Positions 34,404-47,426 of a stretch of 64,000 nt of DNA are shown here, piece after piece. Position numbers and translations under genes: made by a program. Numbering within the stretch: the first letter of the stretch is position 1; each line of letters opens with the position of its first letter. The notes beneath the pieces were generated by a model. That model was not told the origin of the DNA. It did no database searches and was given only the letters and a program-made list of their open reading frames with translations. Where the stretch lies: NCBI GenBank assembly GCA_030295235.1, contig AP026138.1, forward strand, positions 558,001-622,000, in the 5' to 3' direction. The stretch comes from Fistulifera solaris (taxonomy: Eukaryota).

Positions 34404-37400
34404 TTAAAGCTGAATTGCTCTATTCCGTGCGTAGAAGACGTCTCTTCTACCCTTCTTAGACATTTCCCGTTTCAAATGAGCCTCACCATGCTTTAGCCAT
34501 TGCGCAGGGTCTTCGCCAATCATTTCTATCAAACCGCTCTCTTCGACAATACCAGCTTGCGAGCATATAATCCGTAGCCTTGAAACGGTGGACTCTCGAG
34601 GTGCTGACTGATGGACACGAATGCACTCTTTCAAGAGAAACAGGGCGGAGCCTATATGCCCCCGCTTGGAGACGTATTCGACGAGCGAACCATAAGAAGC
34701 AAGGTCAAGTGACCTTCCACAAAGCTCAATTTTCCCCTTGAATTCCAACGCTCTTGAAAGCCGGTTGTTTTCTAAGAACATCTGTATCATCAAACGGTCG
34801 CTGTATCCATTTGGCTGCAAGGAGTATTCGCTAAATTTTGTGTCGTAGAACGCAATGGCTCTGTCCAAGCTACCTGCCGAAATTTCTAACTCGAGTGCAT
34901 TGTTGAGAATGTGATGGTCCACGATACCTTTTTCAGTAGCTTTTTGCAGCACGAAACGGCTGGTCAATACACCCATGTGTTTCAGCCAAGCACTAGTAAT
35001 ATAATCTGGCATTCTTTCACGAATGAGCGGAACAAGATCCAATATCGACGGATCACCCAACGACGTTTTGAAAACTTTATGAATACGGCGAATTCTTGTC
35101 TCTGCAAAATAAGGCAAGATCTCTTTTAGTAAATCAAGCTCTGGTTCTGATTCATCGACAGCAGAGTCAAACACTTCCAGGCGTAGTTGATTACCGGTAT
35201 CTTCCGTTTGCAAATCAGTACGATCAATAATATTTCGCAGTTTGTGTCGGTCATTTTCCTGATTCGAGTCAATATCAATTTCGTCAGCCAATGGGTAAGA
35301 ATATAAATTCGTCTCAACGACTCTCGACTGCAAAATACGTTGTGAAGAAACGTTCCGTGTCCTGGCAGTAAGTTGTACCGAGTCAACTTCTTCTCCTCCA
35401 TAGAGTCCCCGATTTTCAAACGAACCTTGCTTAAACGAAGCGTCGCCGAAGTTGCCAGCCTTTAGCTGGTTATGAGTTGGACGCGCTTCTTCAAGAGTTG
35501 CCCCGTTATCCTCGGTCTCAAGTACTTCGTTGTTTAGAACTCTGAAGAATTCATGAAGACCTTCATTGGAATCACGAACCTAAGTTTTGTAGGCATAGAA
35601 AAAGTAAAAATTAGATATTGTCCAGAAAACAACCAAACACCGCATACAAATTAAGCAATGCGCTTTGAAAGTTTGCTGTTTCAATATAGCCGGGCGTCGA
35701 TCCAGGAAAGCAACATGAATAGTCGTCATTGACGTGCTTCGTGGTAACGTGCAAATGACCCGGCAATGAATTGTGCAGCTCCGAGGTACAACTTACCTGA
35801 TCAATATCGTCCAACGAGAGGATTCCACACTCGGGTCTTGTCTTTCCAAGCACATCAGGTGTTTTAACCTTTGTCCTAGTTTTCCAACGCATTTCTGTAT
35901 CATCAAAAAACAGCTCTTCTTTTGAAGTCCCTGCGTAATCGTCCGGAGCATCACGCAATTCATCCTTTACCGCTAAGATAACATCATCATACTTCTCGTG
36001 TTTGCTTTTGCTGACCGTCGGTGCCGTCGGTGCAACAGATGCAGTTACACAACGCATCAAATCGGTGTCAAAGTAAAGGTTGCCAGTAGTTTTAACATTT
36101 TTCTCATCGTATTCGAACGTGCCTTGCTCACCTCCCGAAAGTCGCAATAGATCATCGCCGTCTTCCTCACTGCCATACTTGAGCTTCCACACGTCATCAG
36201 GGGTCATTTTCTGGAATTCAGGTCGTAATTTTCCGTCTTTGTCAACGAACATCTTCAGATAAGACTCATCTAACTCATCAAGTGTCGCTGCGCTGTTTTC
36301 ATCTTCCCAAACACCTTTGAATTTTGATCGCTTGCCCAATTTATGTTTTCTGTCGACGTCCGCGTACTCGCCTTCCCAAGTTAAATTGTCAGTAGTTCCT
36401 TCCCCCGGAATTGAATTACTGATATATTGAGGCACACGCCTCGCCGTCAAAAGGCGTAAGGAGTTATCACACAAATACCCCTTGTTTTCTCGGCCTTGCC
36501 ACATCAATCCCATCCCCCTTTTATCTACTGCGAGCGCACACGCATGAAGAATTCCGGATAGTGTTCGTGTGTCATTCCCATACTCGCGCGTCTCAAAGGA
36601 TCGCATTTCGCCCTCGCCCTTAAGCTTTACCAAGGGCATATTCTCTTCATCTGGAAGATCAATAGAGGTATTACTAGACAAAGTTCCAGTTGAACTAAGA
36701 AGTTGTTGTTGTTCTTCAGAAATCAATTGCGGGGACTCATCTCCGCGCAATCTAGCCAGGTGTTCATCTGAGCCGATGGTACGTAATTGATCGAGTCGAC
36801 GGATCTCACTGGCTACATAAATAGCCTTTGCTGTCGCCATATCACCAGCCGATGCGGCGCATAAAATTAGTGCGGCTACGAAACCGTCATCTTGCTCAAC
36901 TTCGGCGTTTTCCGCCATGACAACCAGAGAGCGTGCCATATTTCCGTGATGTTGGGTCAAGAACTCACGACGACGATGTCGTTCGGATGACCCTCGCTCA
37001 AATCGAACAGCAATTGCATGACTCCGGGCAACTGCTCGCAATGCACTGCTGAAACAAAGCGTCGTTGGTTTGACTTCCATTTGTTGCATTTCTTCCAATA
37101 GATTTATAGCTCTCTCGGCATGTCCCCTGGCCGCGCAAACGCGAAGTATCGCACCATACGCCATGACATCCGGATTGATCCCCACGACACGCATCTCTTG
37201 CCACTTGTTCCATGCCATCTCTCCGGCTCTCGCACGAATCGAGTGGGGGATACGCCCATCATTGCAGACTTTGTAACACGCCGATAGCAACGAGGTGAAC
37301 GCCGGAAGCGTCGGCGCAACTCCTCCTACTTCCACCATTTCATCCATGGTGCTAGCACATCCTTCAAAATCCGCCACTTTCGCGTACAAATCCACTAAAA

Positions 37401-38251
37401 TACTCCAGCTGTAAGAAGAAATAGGATGCTTGTTTTCTTTCATCATTTTGAAGATTCGTCGTCCCTCCGCAGGCGTCCGACAGGACGATAACAAAGAAGT
37501 GTACGTATGCTCACCAAAGATAGAAATAGGAACTTGTAGATCTTGTAGAATGTGGCGAAGTGCTTTGACAATACCCACCGGATCACGCCGGGTGCCGCGG
37601 CGATCGCGATACGAGCGGACGACGAGTGATAGATCCTTATCGGAGGGGGAGTTCCGTGGCTTCAATTAACGCGGCTTCTTCTTCACTCATTCCTTCTTTT
37701 AGCTGTTCCATCGTCCTGCGATATCGAGCCATTTGATCGGCCACATGATTGAAATATTTTCGATGCTTATCTCCCAAATAGACGGGTTCCGGCGTCGGTT
37801 GACTCGACAAATCCTTCGTATTCCCCATGAGATCATCCAACAAGGCATCATTGAAGTCATAATCGAGAAGATCTTGATCCGCGTCGTCACCCGATTCAAG
37901 ATAACTTTGTTTCAACGCCTGCGCAAATTCCCTCCGTGGACCAGCCTTACTGCCCGGTGCACTGTGCTTGTCTTGTTTCGCCTGTATTGTTTGAATCTTT
38001 CGATTGTACTTTTTGAGTTGTTTCTTCGATGGCTTCCGCTCCCGATCCGTGTTGCCGTCACGGCGTTTGTAGCGGACTTGCTGCCAGTGCCAGCGATCGA
38101 GAGAAGGATGCAACGTAGGAGCCGCCAGTGACGTGACTTGTCGTCGAGCGCCGCTCGATGAATGCCGTAACAGAATAGGAATACGAGACAACAAGCTTGT
38201 ACTTGACATTGTGCGATATCTTGTTAAACGAGACAACAGTGTTCGTATCAT
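34404..38251 (-). CDS. Pentatricopeptide-repeat (PPR) protein, probably mitochondrial
   Basis: PPR motifs (TYTSLLSSC, PDVMAYGAILRVCAARGHAERAINLLEEMQQMEVKP, SYGSLVEYVSKRG). ORFs 37637-38251, 35611-37665 and 34404-35333 are joined by frameshifts and a probable intron at 35580-35796. Confidence 0.85.
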
Positions 38252-38514
38252 AAAGAAAGGTTGGGTGTGAAAAAAATGTCAGCAGCAACTTTTTCGATCC
38301 GCAAAATTTTTCATGGATGAGATCGGATCCCTTGGTCTGTATGCCAACCGTACTAGGGACTAAATAGATTCAGTCATGGCAAAGGTGAGATACACTTTGT
38401 AAGTATAGTACATTTCAAAACGCATTCATTTCAAAAAGCAAAAAAAAGCATGCCGTAATCATCGAAGATGCATTCGCAATTCGCAATACTCTTGTTCATA
38501 GAAAAGAAACAAAA

Positions 38515-39147
38515 ATGAATCTTGCGGAAGAACCTGCTGTTGCCGACGATATGCAAGGCGTAATACCGGATACCGCGGTAGTAACGAGCGGAGAAACATC
38601 GGACGAAGGCATTTCCGACACGGAGCAACCAATGCAAGAAGAGGATGGCAACCACAGCGACGACGAGGAGCCCCATTTTCCCGAAACGGACGACTTGTAC
38701 GACGAAAATGCGGATGACGAAGATGAAGCGTACGTGTACTCTCATCTCCGATCCGGAGTGGAAGAAAGTGTTCGCATACAGCAATCCACGCAAATACAAG
38801 AGTTAAAAGTTCTGAAACCACGCAACTCGGATGCCATCTTGTCATGTCCTTGCTGTTTTCTCATTGTGTGCATGGATTGTCAAAGACATGAGCGTTACCC
38901 GAATCAATTCCGAGCCATGTTTGTGATGAATATTGCCGTCAAATGGGATCATCGTCTCGTGTACGATGAGCGACAGAATATGCTGATTGAATACAATGCT
39001 CCGGAGAATACTGCGACGCAGAAAACTTCAAACGAAAACGAAGAAATCTATTATACCGTCTGTTGCGCTAATTGCACAACGACAGTCGCGGCTTTGGATA
39101 TGGAGGACGAAGTGTATCATTTTTATGGATGCCTGTCTACGTCCTAA
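38515..39147 (+). CDS. EAPP: E2F-associated phosphoprotein
   Basis: LYDENADDEDEAYV; SDAILSCPCCFLIVCMDCQRHERYPNQFRAMFVMN; VCCANCTTTVAALDMEDEVYHF. Confidence 0.92.
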   Translation: MNLAEEPAVADDMQGVIPDTAVVTSGETSDEGISDTEQPMQEEDGNHSDDEEPHFPETDDLYDENADDEDEAYVYSHLRSGVEESVRIQQSTQIQELKVLKPRNSDAILSCPCCFLIVCMDCQRHERYPNQFRAMFVMNIAVKWDHRLVYDERQNMLIEYNAPENTATQKTSNENEEIYYTVCCANCTTTVAALDMEDEVYHFYGCLSTS

Positions 39148-39239
39148 CGCTCTCTTTTTCTCCATATTCATTCCGTAGTATTTGTATTTTTAAGACGCCA
39201 TTTGAAAAACGTGTATAGAAAATAACAATCAAATCTATT

Positions 39240-39905
39240 TTACTGGGAAATCTTACTCAAGAGGGACCCAATGGTGGAGAAGCTGACTCCTTCTTGATAC
39301 ACCTTTTCTCGTTTCGTGTTATCAGCCGATGCCGCAAATACCACACTATCTGCGCTGGCACTTTGCACCACAGGAGATTGCAACGCTGTAATATCCGCTG
39401 CCGCAATTCCTCGCAAGGCTTTGGAAACCACCGACGTTGGTGCTTCCTTGTAAGTCAAAGCCAAAACTTGCAGAATGGAAGCCTGCAAACGCGCCACGGA
39501 GCGTTTGGCGACGCCCGCCACAACAGGATCCGCCGATGATTCGAGAGCTTCGTAATTCTTCCAAAATTCCGCAAACTGACACGCACTCAAATGGGTCAGA
39601 CACGTTTGAATGGAGGCGCACACATCCTTGGACAAGATGGGTTGCGGAATCATGTACGATAAGGCCAAGTTATCGGTACTCGGGTACTCGAGCATCGCCA
39701 ACAAGTAGGCGTGCACAGTCAAGTCTTCTTTGGAGTGTTCGGGGAATAACTGATAAAGTTTCACCAATGTTCGGACGGCATCAAACATGTACGGGGCTTC
39801 TCCGGCCGTTTGCGCGGCGAGATATTCTTCCAAAGGTTGCACCATGCTAGCGCTGTAGCTCTGTGAACTCAGTAGAGTACGAATATCGTTTTCGGAAGGA
39901 GCCAT
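39240..39905 (-). CDS. EIF3K: Eukaryotic translation initiation factor 3 subunit K
   Basis: ATG at 39905; LEEYLAAQ..YMFDAVRTLVKLYQLFP, LSACQFAEFW, ILQVLALTY. Confidence 0.88.
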   Translation of the reverse strand: MAPSENDIRTLLSSQSYSASMVQPLEEYLAAQTAGEAPYMFDAVRTLVKLYQLFPEHSKEDLTVHAYLLAMLEYPSTDNLALSYMIPQPILSKDVCASIQTCLTHLSACQFAEFWKNYEALESSADPVVAGVAKRSVARLQASILQVLALTYKEAPTSVVSKALRGIAAADITALQSPVVQSASADSVVFAASADNTKREKVYQEGVSFSTIGSLLSKISQ

Positions 39906-40028
39906 TGTGTTGTGTAGATAGATGAAGTAAGACAAAACGCAAGCTCGGGGAGAGCGATGGCTCACAAATAATATCTCATGGTCGAGATGAGCCGAGGCCA
40001 AGGGTCGAGGCGATTTTCGCGTGCCCGT

Positions 40029-41789
40029 CCTCGAAAAAAAAAATTGCTCCGCACTCGTATCACGGACAGACGATGCTTTAGTTTGACTACGTAAACATAA
40101 TCCAATCCCTCGTCCGCGCTTTTTAACGGCGTGATGATGATCCGTGCGGAAGACGGTCTCTCTTTGGCAACTAACGCTTTCACCTTCCGTGCAAATCGAC
40201 TGCAATACGTCAAGCGCATGAAAAAATGCAACACATCGAAGGTCTACGTAGTTTTCACGTAGCTCTCGTAGGGAAATTTATCGACAGAGGGGGCACCCGG
40301 ATATTGCTAAATTTCGATCACATCATCTTTCGCGTCATTTGGACACCGGCGTCAACAACGTTTTGCCCAACAACGCTTATGCGAGCCATCAAACAATAAT
40401 CGACGTTGATCTGACATTGAAACATGAAACAGTAAAAAGATACAACGCTTCCAAAGTCTACGATTATTTTACGTAGCCGCCGTAGGAAATTTATCGCTGT
40501 AGGTGTACCCGGATATTGAGTTCTTCGCCATCATCCATTCATTGGTTCTACAGAACACAGATGACAACGTTTCCATGCCCACCGTATTTGCTTCATATCA
40601 AGAAGCAACAAACGCCTTCGATTTGGAAACAGAACACTGGTAAAACGAATGATGCAACACATCGAAGGTCTACGTAGCTTTCACGTAGCTCTCGTAGGGA
40701 AATTTATCGACAGAGGGGAGACCCGGATTTTTCCTAATTTCGATCACACCATTATTCGCGTCTTTTGGACAACAATGTCAGCCGTACTTTGCCCAACATC
40801 GCTTATGACACCCATGAAACAATAATCGGAAGTGATTTGATAGTGAAACATAGAAAGGTACAAAGATACAACGCTTCCAGTGTCTACGCGAATTTTACGT
40901 AGCCGCCGTAGGAAATTTATCTTTGTAGGGGTACCCGGATACTGTGATTTTCGCCATCATCCAATTCTTGGATCTACAATGCACAAATGACAACGTTTCC
41001 ATGCCCACCGTATTTGCTTCATATCAAGAAGCAACAAACGCCTTCGATTTGGAAACAGAACAATGGTAAAACGAATGATGCAACACATCGAAGGTCTACG
41101 TAGCTTTCACGTAGCTCTCGTAGGGAAATTTATCGACAGAGGGGAGACCCGGATTTTTCCTAATTTCGATCACACCATTATTCGCGTCTTTTGGACAACA
41201 ATGTCAGCCGTACTTTGCCCAACATCGCTTATGACACCCATGAAACAATAATCGGAAGTGATTTGATAGTGAAACATAGAAAGGTACAAAGATACAACGC
41301 TTCCAGTGTCTACGCGAATTTTACGTAGCCGCCGTAGGAAATTTATCTTTGTAGGGGTACCCGGATACTGTGATTTTCGCCATCATCCAATTCTTGGATC
41401 TACAATGCACAAATGTCAACGTTTTTTTTGTCCACCGTATTCGCTTCGTATCAGGGAGCAATAATCGGCTTCGATTTAAAAACAAAACGTTGACGGAACG
41501 AATGACGCAACGCTTCGAATGTCTACGTAGTTTTCACGTAGCTCTCGTAGGGAAATTTATCGACAGAGGGGGCACCCGGATTTTTCCTAATTTCGATCAC
41601 ATCATCTTTCGCGTCATTTGGACACCGGCGTCAACAACTTTTTGCCCAACAACGCTTATGCGAGCCATCAAACAATAATCGACGTTGATTTGACATTGAA
41701 ACATGAAACAGTAAAAAGATACAACGCTTCCTCGAAAAACTGCTCCGCACTCGTATCACGGCCAGACGATGCTTTACTTTGACGTACGT
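40029..41789. repeat. Higher-order tandem array (426-bp A+B dimers of ~213-bp monomers) bracketed by ~60-bp direct repeats
   Basis: A anchors at 40241, 40667, 41093 and 41520; B anchors at 40456, 40882 and 41308. CCTCGAAAAA..TGCTCCGCACTCGTATCACGG.CAGACGATGCTTTA occurs at 40029 and 41730. Confidence 0.95.
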
Positions 41790-42184
41790 CGGACTGACAC
41801 GCGCGGAAGTTCGTGACGTAATCAAATTCCAATCCGCGCGATGGAGGGAAAAGCACGGAATCTTGCCACTTTCGTGTCATCAGTGCGCGTTCGCGCCATC
41901 TCCCCCTTGATGATGATGCGATCGAATTTCAACCTCCCTCCTACGAAGCATTTCTCAAAATAGAAAGGAAAAGAAATAGCAGGGGAGAGCACTCTAGAGG
42001 GCTTTTGCAAGTCGTTATTGGAGTCTTTGATTGACAAGAATAGCTCGAAGGTCGCGCGAGTTCGCGAATTGTTTTCGAATTTACACTACATCCGTCGGAA
42101 TACTTTGATATTTGTGATTGTTTCAACGAATCGTGCGTTTCACAAACGAAATGATAGTGTAGTAGCTTTTGGACAAGTAAGGAA

Positions 42185-44840
42185 ATGAGAAATATAGATG
42201 CCGAAATGAGTAATACTGCTTATCGAACAGGAGCGCCCCGGAAGCGATGTCATCCTTGGAAGCGTTCTCTATGGGGAATGATGCTCGTAATGGCTTCAAC
42301 TGATGGGTTCTTACATAGACTCAAGTTACGGAGAAAAGTACAAAATAATGGAAACATACACGAGAGATCTCTTTTGCCTTTGACAGAGAATAATCGTCGA
42401 TTGACGAGAGGACAAAATAGTCGAGACGAAACTTTACCGAATTCATCGCAACAATCATTTCTCAATGTCACGACACTGGTCCTCAGAAGCGAAGAGGAAG
42501 AATGCAATCAAAATAGAGATAGTTCGAGGTACGAGTTACATGCTAACGATATCTCAGCTGAAAGGAGAAAGAAACACAACAATTCTTACACACAACAACC
42601 GAACGGAGATGTAGAAGAAACAATATACCCATCCAGAGCTGACGACACAGTTCAAACGCAACATGCAGAAACGAATGCAGAGATTCAACTTTACGATGCG
42701 CCTTCAAATCAGGGACGATCCGAATCATCCATAGCACGGGATATGTGGAAAAGTCGCAATGCGAAAACAGCGGAAGAAGGCATACGGAACGAAAAGACAA
42801 GCCAACTCTCATCAGTTCTGGCTAAAGCCGAAGACAATTTGAATGGTCCTGGACGGGAATATGCTGCTCGCACGATCACGGGTCTCATCAATGCCCTGGC
42901 GGAAGAAGTCACGGACCTGAAAGTGGAAGTCAAGACACAGCCAGATTCTCCTTTTGGAGAAAGCAGATCGATGCCATCAAGATTGATTTTTCCCGTCTAG
43001 CTTTCAAGCCGCTAAAACTGGGAGGCTCTGTTGGAACAGCAGATCCTGCTCAAGGCGCTGCGTCCAATCCACTCAGCGTCAACTCATCGGATTTGTTTAT
43101 GGATCTGGCTTGTATCGATGAAGTGTTCGATCAGATTGACGCCGATAAAAGTGGTGCGTTGGATAGCGACGAGATTGCTCAGGCATTGAACCTAGCTACC
43201 TTGGTCTCGGCAGTTGATCAGGTGAAACATGAGGATGTAATCAAGAACTTGGCTTCTGACTTGGTAAAGCTGTATGACTTCAACGGAGACGGAGTTGTGG
43301 ACCGGTATGAATATCGCAGTCTGGTCGAAGATATGGCAGCCCTTCGAAAGTCACGCGAAAGCACGACGGAGGAGGATACTATAACACAGTCACAAATAAA
43401 GGAAGGACTGATAGCGACAGTAAAGCGAATCACTGGCGATCTCATTGGCAGACTGGTGTGGAGGTTAGGCATAGTGGGCAAGAAAGACGCCCCAATAGAC
43501 AAAGATAACATCATGTTGAAAGAAACTGTTCGGAATACGGAAAACGCCACAGACACACTGACCGAACTTCATTGCGACGTTACGAGACACTCCCTCAATG
43601 ATCATGAAGCAATGCCGATGAGAGAGAACGGCTATCCATTAGGGGAAAAAGTAGTCAACTTGACGGATTCTCCGGATCTAGAAAAGATCGCCCAAGGCGT
43701 AGGATCAATCACTTTATCAGATCTTAAGCTTGATCTTCGAAGGCTTTTCTTCGGCGCGATTCCGTTGCTAAAACGCATCACACCGGGCGGCCCACTAGTA
43801 CTCGAACCCTTTACCGTGACTATTGATGGCTCGTTTAGCAGAGAAGACATCATGGACTCGTTTCTACTCGATGCAGGATTACGGAGACTGGTTGCAATGG
43901 CATTGAGGCGGCGTGTTGGATCTTTACGGGATTTTTTTAGAAGGCGCGCTTTTTCATGGCCGGTCTTGGAAGTTGAATAGCGAATCTGGTCCCTCGGTGA
44001 ACGTACCGAAGCTTACTATTGTAGAGTTCGACAGCGAAAATCGTCTTATCATTACCGGTCGGGCAAGAGTTCAGTCGAACAAGGATGCTCCTGTGATTGA
44101 AAATGCGTTCAAGGTTCGAACGAAAATCGGTACAAGGAAAGGTGGAAAAGTAATCCGATTGGTTGAGCCAGAACTAGCTCTGGTACTTGAATGCCCCAAA
44201 GCTTTCGAAGAAAAGTGAGTTTTTGAATGGACTTGCTGTTCTTGTCGGGTCTTTCTAACCATTCGCGTTTAGTCTGTCAAAACTATGCAGCGCTCTCGAT
44301 CTTCCACAGCCGCCGCGCCCAAAACCAATTTATTCCTTCTTTCCTATTTATTCGCCTTTCAAAGTCGACGATAACGACGGCTTTGACTTGGGCGAAGATA
44401 ACAGCATCAACTCAATTTACATTCAAGACGGGGCTTTGCATTTCCAACTGAGCGCCGTGTTGCGTCCCGGTCGGTTCCTGGGTAGTCACTACATTGCTTT
44501 TACTGTACCTATCCGCACATTCATTGTAACTTTGGACAGAGTCCGCGAAGGCATGAGAGCAGCACGCCAAGCAAAGAATGCAGCGAAGGACGGAAAGGCC
44601 GCCAAACGCGACAAGGTCCGGACCAAGATTGAACAAGCCATTGACGCCGAACTGAGCCGGACGAGTGATCGCAACACTACGAAACGTGGTCAGCCACCCA
44701 AAAGCTTTTTCAGTCGTTTCGTTGACGGCTACTTACAGGCAGAACGAGATTTTTCCGACAAGGCTCGTTTGACTCAAGCCATTGGTGACTTTTTTCGGAC
44801 GTCAGGGTACCGCGTCTCGAAAATCGAGGTTGGCAAGTGA
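42185..44840 (+). CDS. EF-hand pair protein of unknown function (apparent frameshifts, one intron)
   Basis: EF-hand loops DADKSGALDSDE and DFNGDGVVDRYE. Collinear ORFs are joined near 42950 and 43935, with an intron at 44215-44272. Confidence 0.75.
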
Positions 44841-44942
44841 CAACTCTGAAGAAAACAAAAACGAGACAAAGACCAACTAGCATTTAAAATAAAAGAATTC
44901 CTAGAAGTTTACACGGCTCTTGTACAATGCTATTTACTATCA

Positions 44943-45472
44943 TCATCTTTTGACTGCTGCCAGTTTGTCCATTTTGTCTACTAATGAATCCACCGCCTGA
45001 GTAAAGAGATCCGATCGGATGGGCATTTCCAATTCATAAAATGGATCCTTCAATACACATTCAGCGTACAACAAGTAAATTTCCTTCAATACAATATCCA
45101 TATCCGGAGTCCCGGGAGTCGCCGTAATGACAAATTTGATTCCTGTTCGCGTTTGTAAGCACTTCAGAACCATCCCAGCCGTGACGATTTCTTCAATACC
45201 ATCATCTGCACCATCTGAAAAGAGTTCTAAAAGGTGAGTAATGCAACAATTCAAAAGACAAAAGTCACTGAATATGTCGTAAGCTTACAGGCGTTCTTGT
45301 TGTTCGGAAGCTTGATGGGTGAGGCTTCTGCCGCAATCGCATGCAGGGAATGAAAGGTCGAGCCAATGCGAAGCCATTCATTCGTTCCGATCGTCGGCGC
45401 TTGGCTGCTCAGCGGACGATGATGAATCAAGCCACCCGATTTGTTTACTATGAAGAGATTCAATATTACCAT
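44943..45472 (-). CDS. TRAPPC4: TRAPP complex subunit 4 (Trs23/synbindin)
   Basis: LFIVNKSGGLI, NEWLRIGSTFHSLHAI, CLQTRTGIKF, YAECVLKDPFYELEMPIRSDLF. Intron at 45215-45288. Confidence 0.93.
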
Positions 45473-45923
45473 GTTATTAGAGGCGGTAATTGTATCCAAG
45501 TATTGAAGGGCTCCGCAGACGCTGCAAATAAAAACGCGGCCATGGTGGCGACGATGAGGACGCGATGAGGGTTGGGGCTACTTTGGTCTTGAGTCGTGAG
45601 AAGTCGTGACTGCAACTCGCGACTTACACTCTACAGTAAAGATGACATTTACTACTCCAGTATAACTTAATGTGTTGTCTTGTCCTTTAAATACTAATCA
45701 CATGATGTGTTGCGATTAATGGAAATTGAAGTTTGACTTCATAGTGATAGAGTATTTATTGGCTTGAGCAGGAACAACAAAAAGCAAGGCAAAAGATATT
45801 CATCCGAGCTAAGAAACTCCAACAAAGTATTCAAGAGATTGGCAACCTTCTTTTCATAACACTCTTATTCATCAATCCCTTTACTGACAAGCGTCAAGGC
45901 ACAGTAGAACAAGCGACAACACC

Positions 45924-46765
45924 ATGGGAGGTCCCTTCAAGTTGTAAGAAGCCGTTTCCGAGTTTTCGTTTGAATTCATGTTCTTTGCGAAACCTCTCAT
46001 CGTCGTGGCCCTTCGTTTTCACGAAAACAGTAATATCTGCACCTACGGTCCTCTTCATATCCTAACAGTTCTTTCGTCGATAGCGGCGACGGCGCTCACC
46101 TATTATGCTACGTTTGATTGTCACTTTTTGGAGACGACCACTCCCCTGGAAGCCTTTGCCAACCTGGATGCCGAATTCGGCTTTCGACGCGGCGTGGGCG
46201 TGTGGACATTGGAAGTGGATGGAAAATGCCAGGGTTGGTCTTCGGACGAAGAACTGGATATACCGACGGTTGTGGCTCGCGTTTTCACCATGGTGGTGTG
46301 CATATTTTCTCTAATGCTACTCATCATGTTGATGGTCCCTTGTTGTTCCATGGTCGGTGGAACGGCGTACATGCAAAAGCTGGGACAGTTTTTATTGATC
46401 ATGGGTGTCTTGTATCCGCTTTCCTTTGTACGTATTGTCGTGATGAACGTTGTTGCGCGCCCAGTTCGACGATCCGTTGTTCTTACCAATGGTCTTTTAG
46501 ACGATCCTCAAAGCAGATATTTGCACAGGTGTATCCGTATGTAAACTTGACTATACGGGCTACGTGAGTCTCGGTGCCTCAGCCACATGGGTACTTGCTT
46601 CCTGTTTGGCTTTTTTTAGTTCGGGCGAAGCCTGTCGAGAGAAAATCAGGAAGACGAAAGCTACGCAATCCGCCGCTTCCCACAGTGGAAGGAAGCCTAC
46701 AGGGTACCACTGACGAAAGAACAAAATTTCATGAACAAGAGGAAAATAGAGCAACCGACCCATGA
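45924..46765 (+). CDS. Four-TM (claudin-like topology) membrane protein
   Basis: ATG at 45924; introns at about 45944-46030 and 46428-46500. Four hydrophobic segments, GVGVW..C loop, CTGVSVCKLDYTGY loop. The 3' end is uncertain because of a T run at about 46612. Confidence 0.7.
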
Positions 46766-46994
46766 AAATATTACCCCACCTGCCAAACAACAGCAAGAAA
46801 ATTTTGACAATAAAGTTCTTGTCCCTTTGCAATGGTAATAATTGAATCGATCAAATGCTCGGAAAGTTTTCACGATTGTAACAGCCTAGATCTGGGATGT
46901 TTTGAATTTGTATTTAAAGTTAATTCTGGTAGGTCAGCTCCTGATGTTGTTCGACAACTGACCAATACGTCTTTGGTAATACAGAGTAACCATT

Positions 46995-47426
46995 TTATTC
47001 GTCTTCCTCTTCTTCCTCCTCTTCTTCTTCCTCATCGTCATCTTCACTCGTCTTTAACGACTTTTTTCGAAAACGTATCCCAGTTTCCACTGCGAGCATC
47101 CACTTCGGCAGGCGTAGGGTGGTGAACATGCGGCTCGAACGGATCATGCGCATGTTCCCAGGGATGTCGGAAACCGAGCACGACCGGTAAATCCTGTCGT
47201 GCTCTATGAAAGATCCACAACCAGCAAACAACCGTAAACGCTTCTCCCCATCGGGTGTGTGTTTCGCTCACCGTCATGTAGGCTCTGTAATAACGATGAG
47301 TTGAGACTAAGGCTGCGATGTAACGGCCCTCGCGCAATTCACTTACCCGCCGCCCATAGAGCGCGTTTGTCGAGACACATTTCTCTGAAATCCTTGTCGC
47401 AGACTGTGAGAGACACGTGAAAACAT
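46995..47426 (-). CDS. NDUFB2: Complex I accessory subunit NDUFB2 (AGGG)
   Basis: Splicing intron 47285-47346 gives presequence+MGGGAYMTVSETHTRWGEAFTVVCWLWIFHRARQDLPVVLGFRHPWEH, matching the plant-type W.WI..RA.QD.PVV.G.RHPW motif. The stop is at 47044 as read, or 46995 with one frameshift. Confidence 0.85.

Noticed and set aside
27940..38251. URB1 and PPR fragments as pseudogenes or several separate genes
   Set aside because: The fragments are collinear and joined by canonical introns or single-base shifts, consistent with sequencing error.
40029..41789. LTR/TRIM retroelement bounded by the ~60-bp direct repeats
   Set aside because: No TG...CA ends, primer-binding site, polypurine tract or target duplication seen.
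41063..41880. Short ORFs in the 426-bp array
   Set aside because: No recognisable domain, and stops interrupt each monomer.
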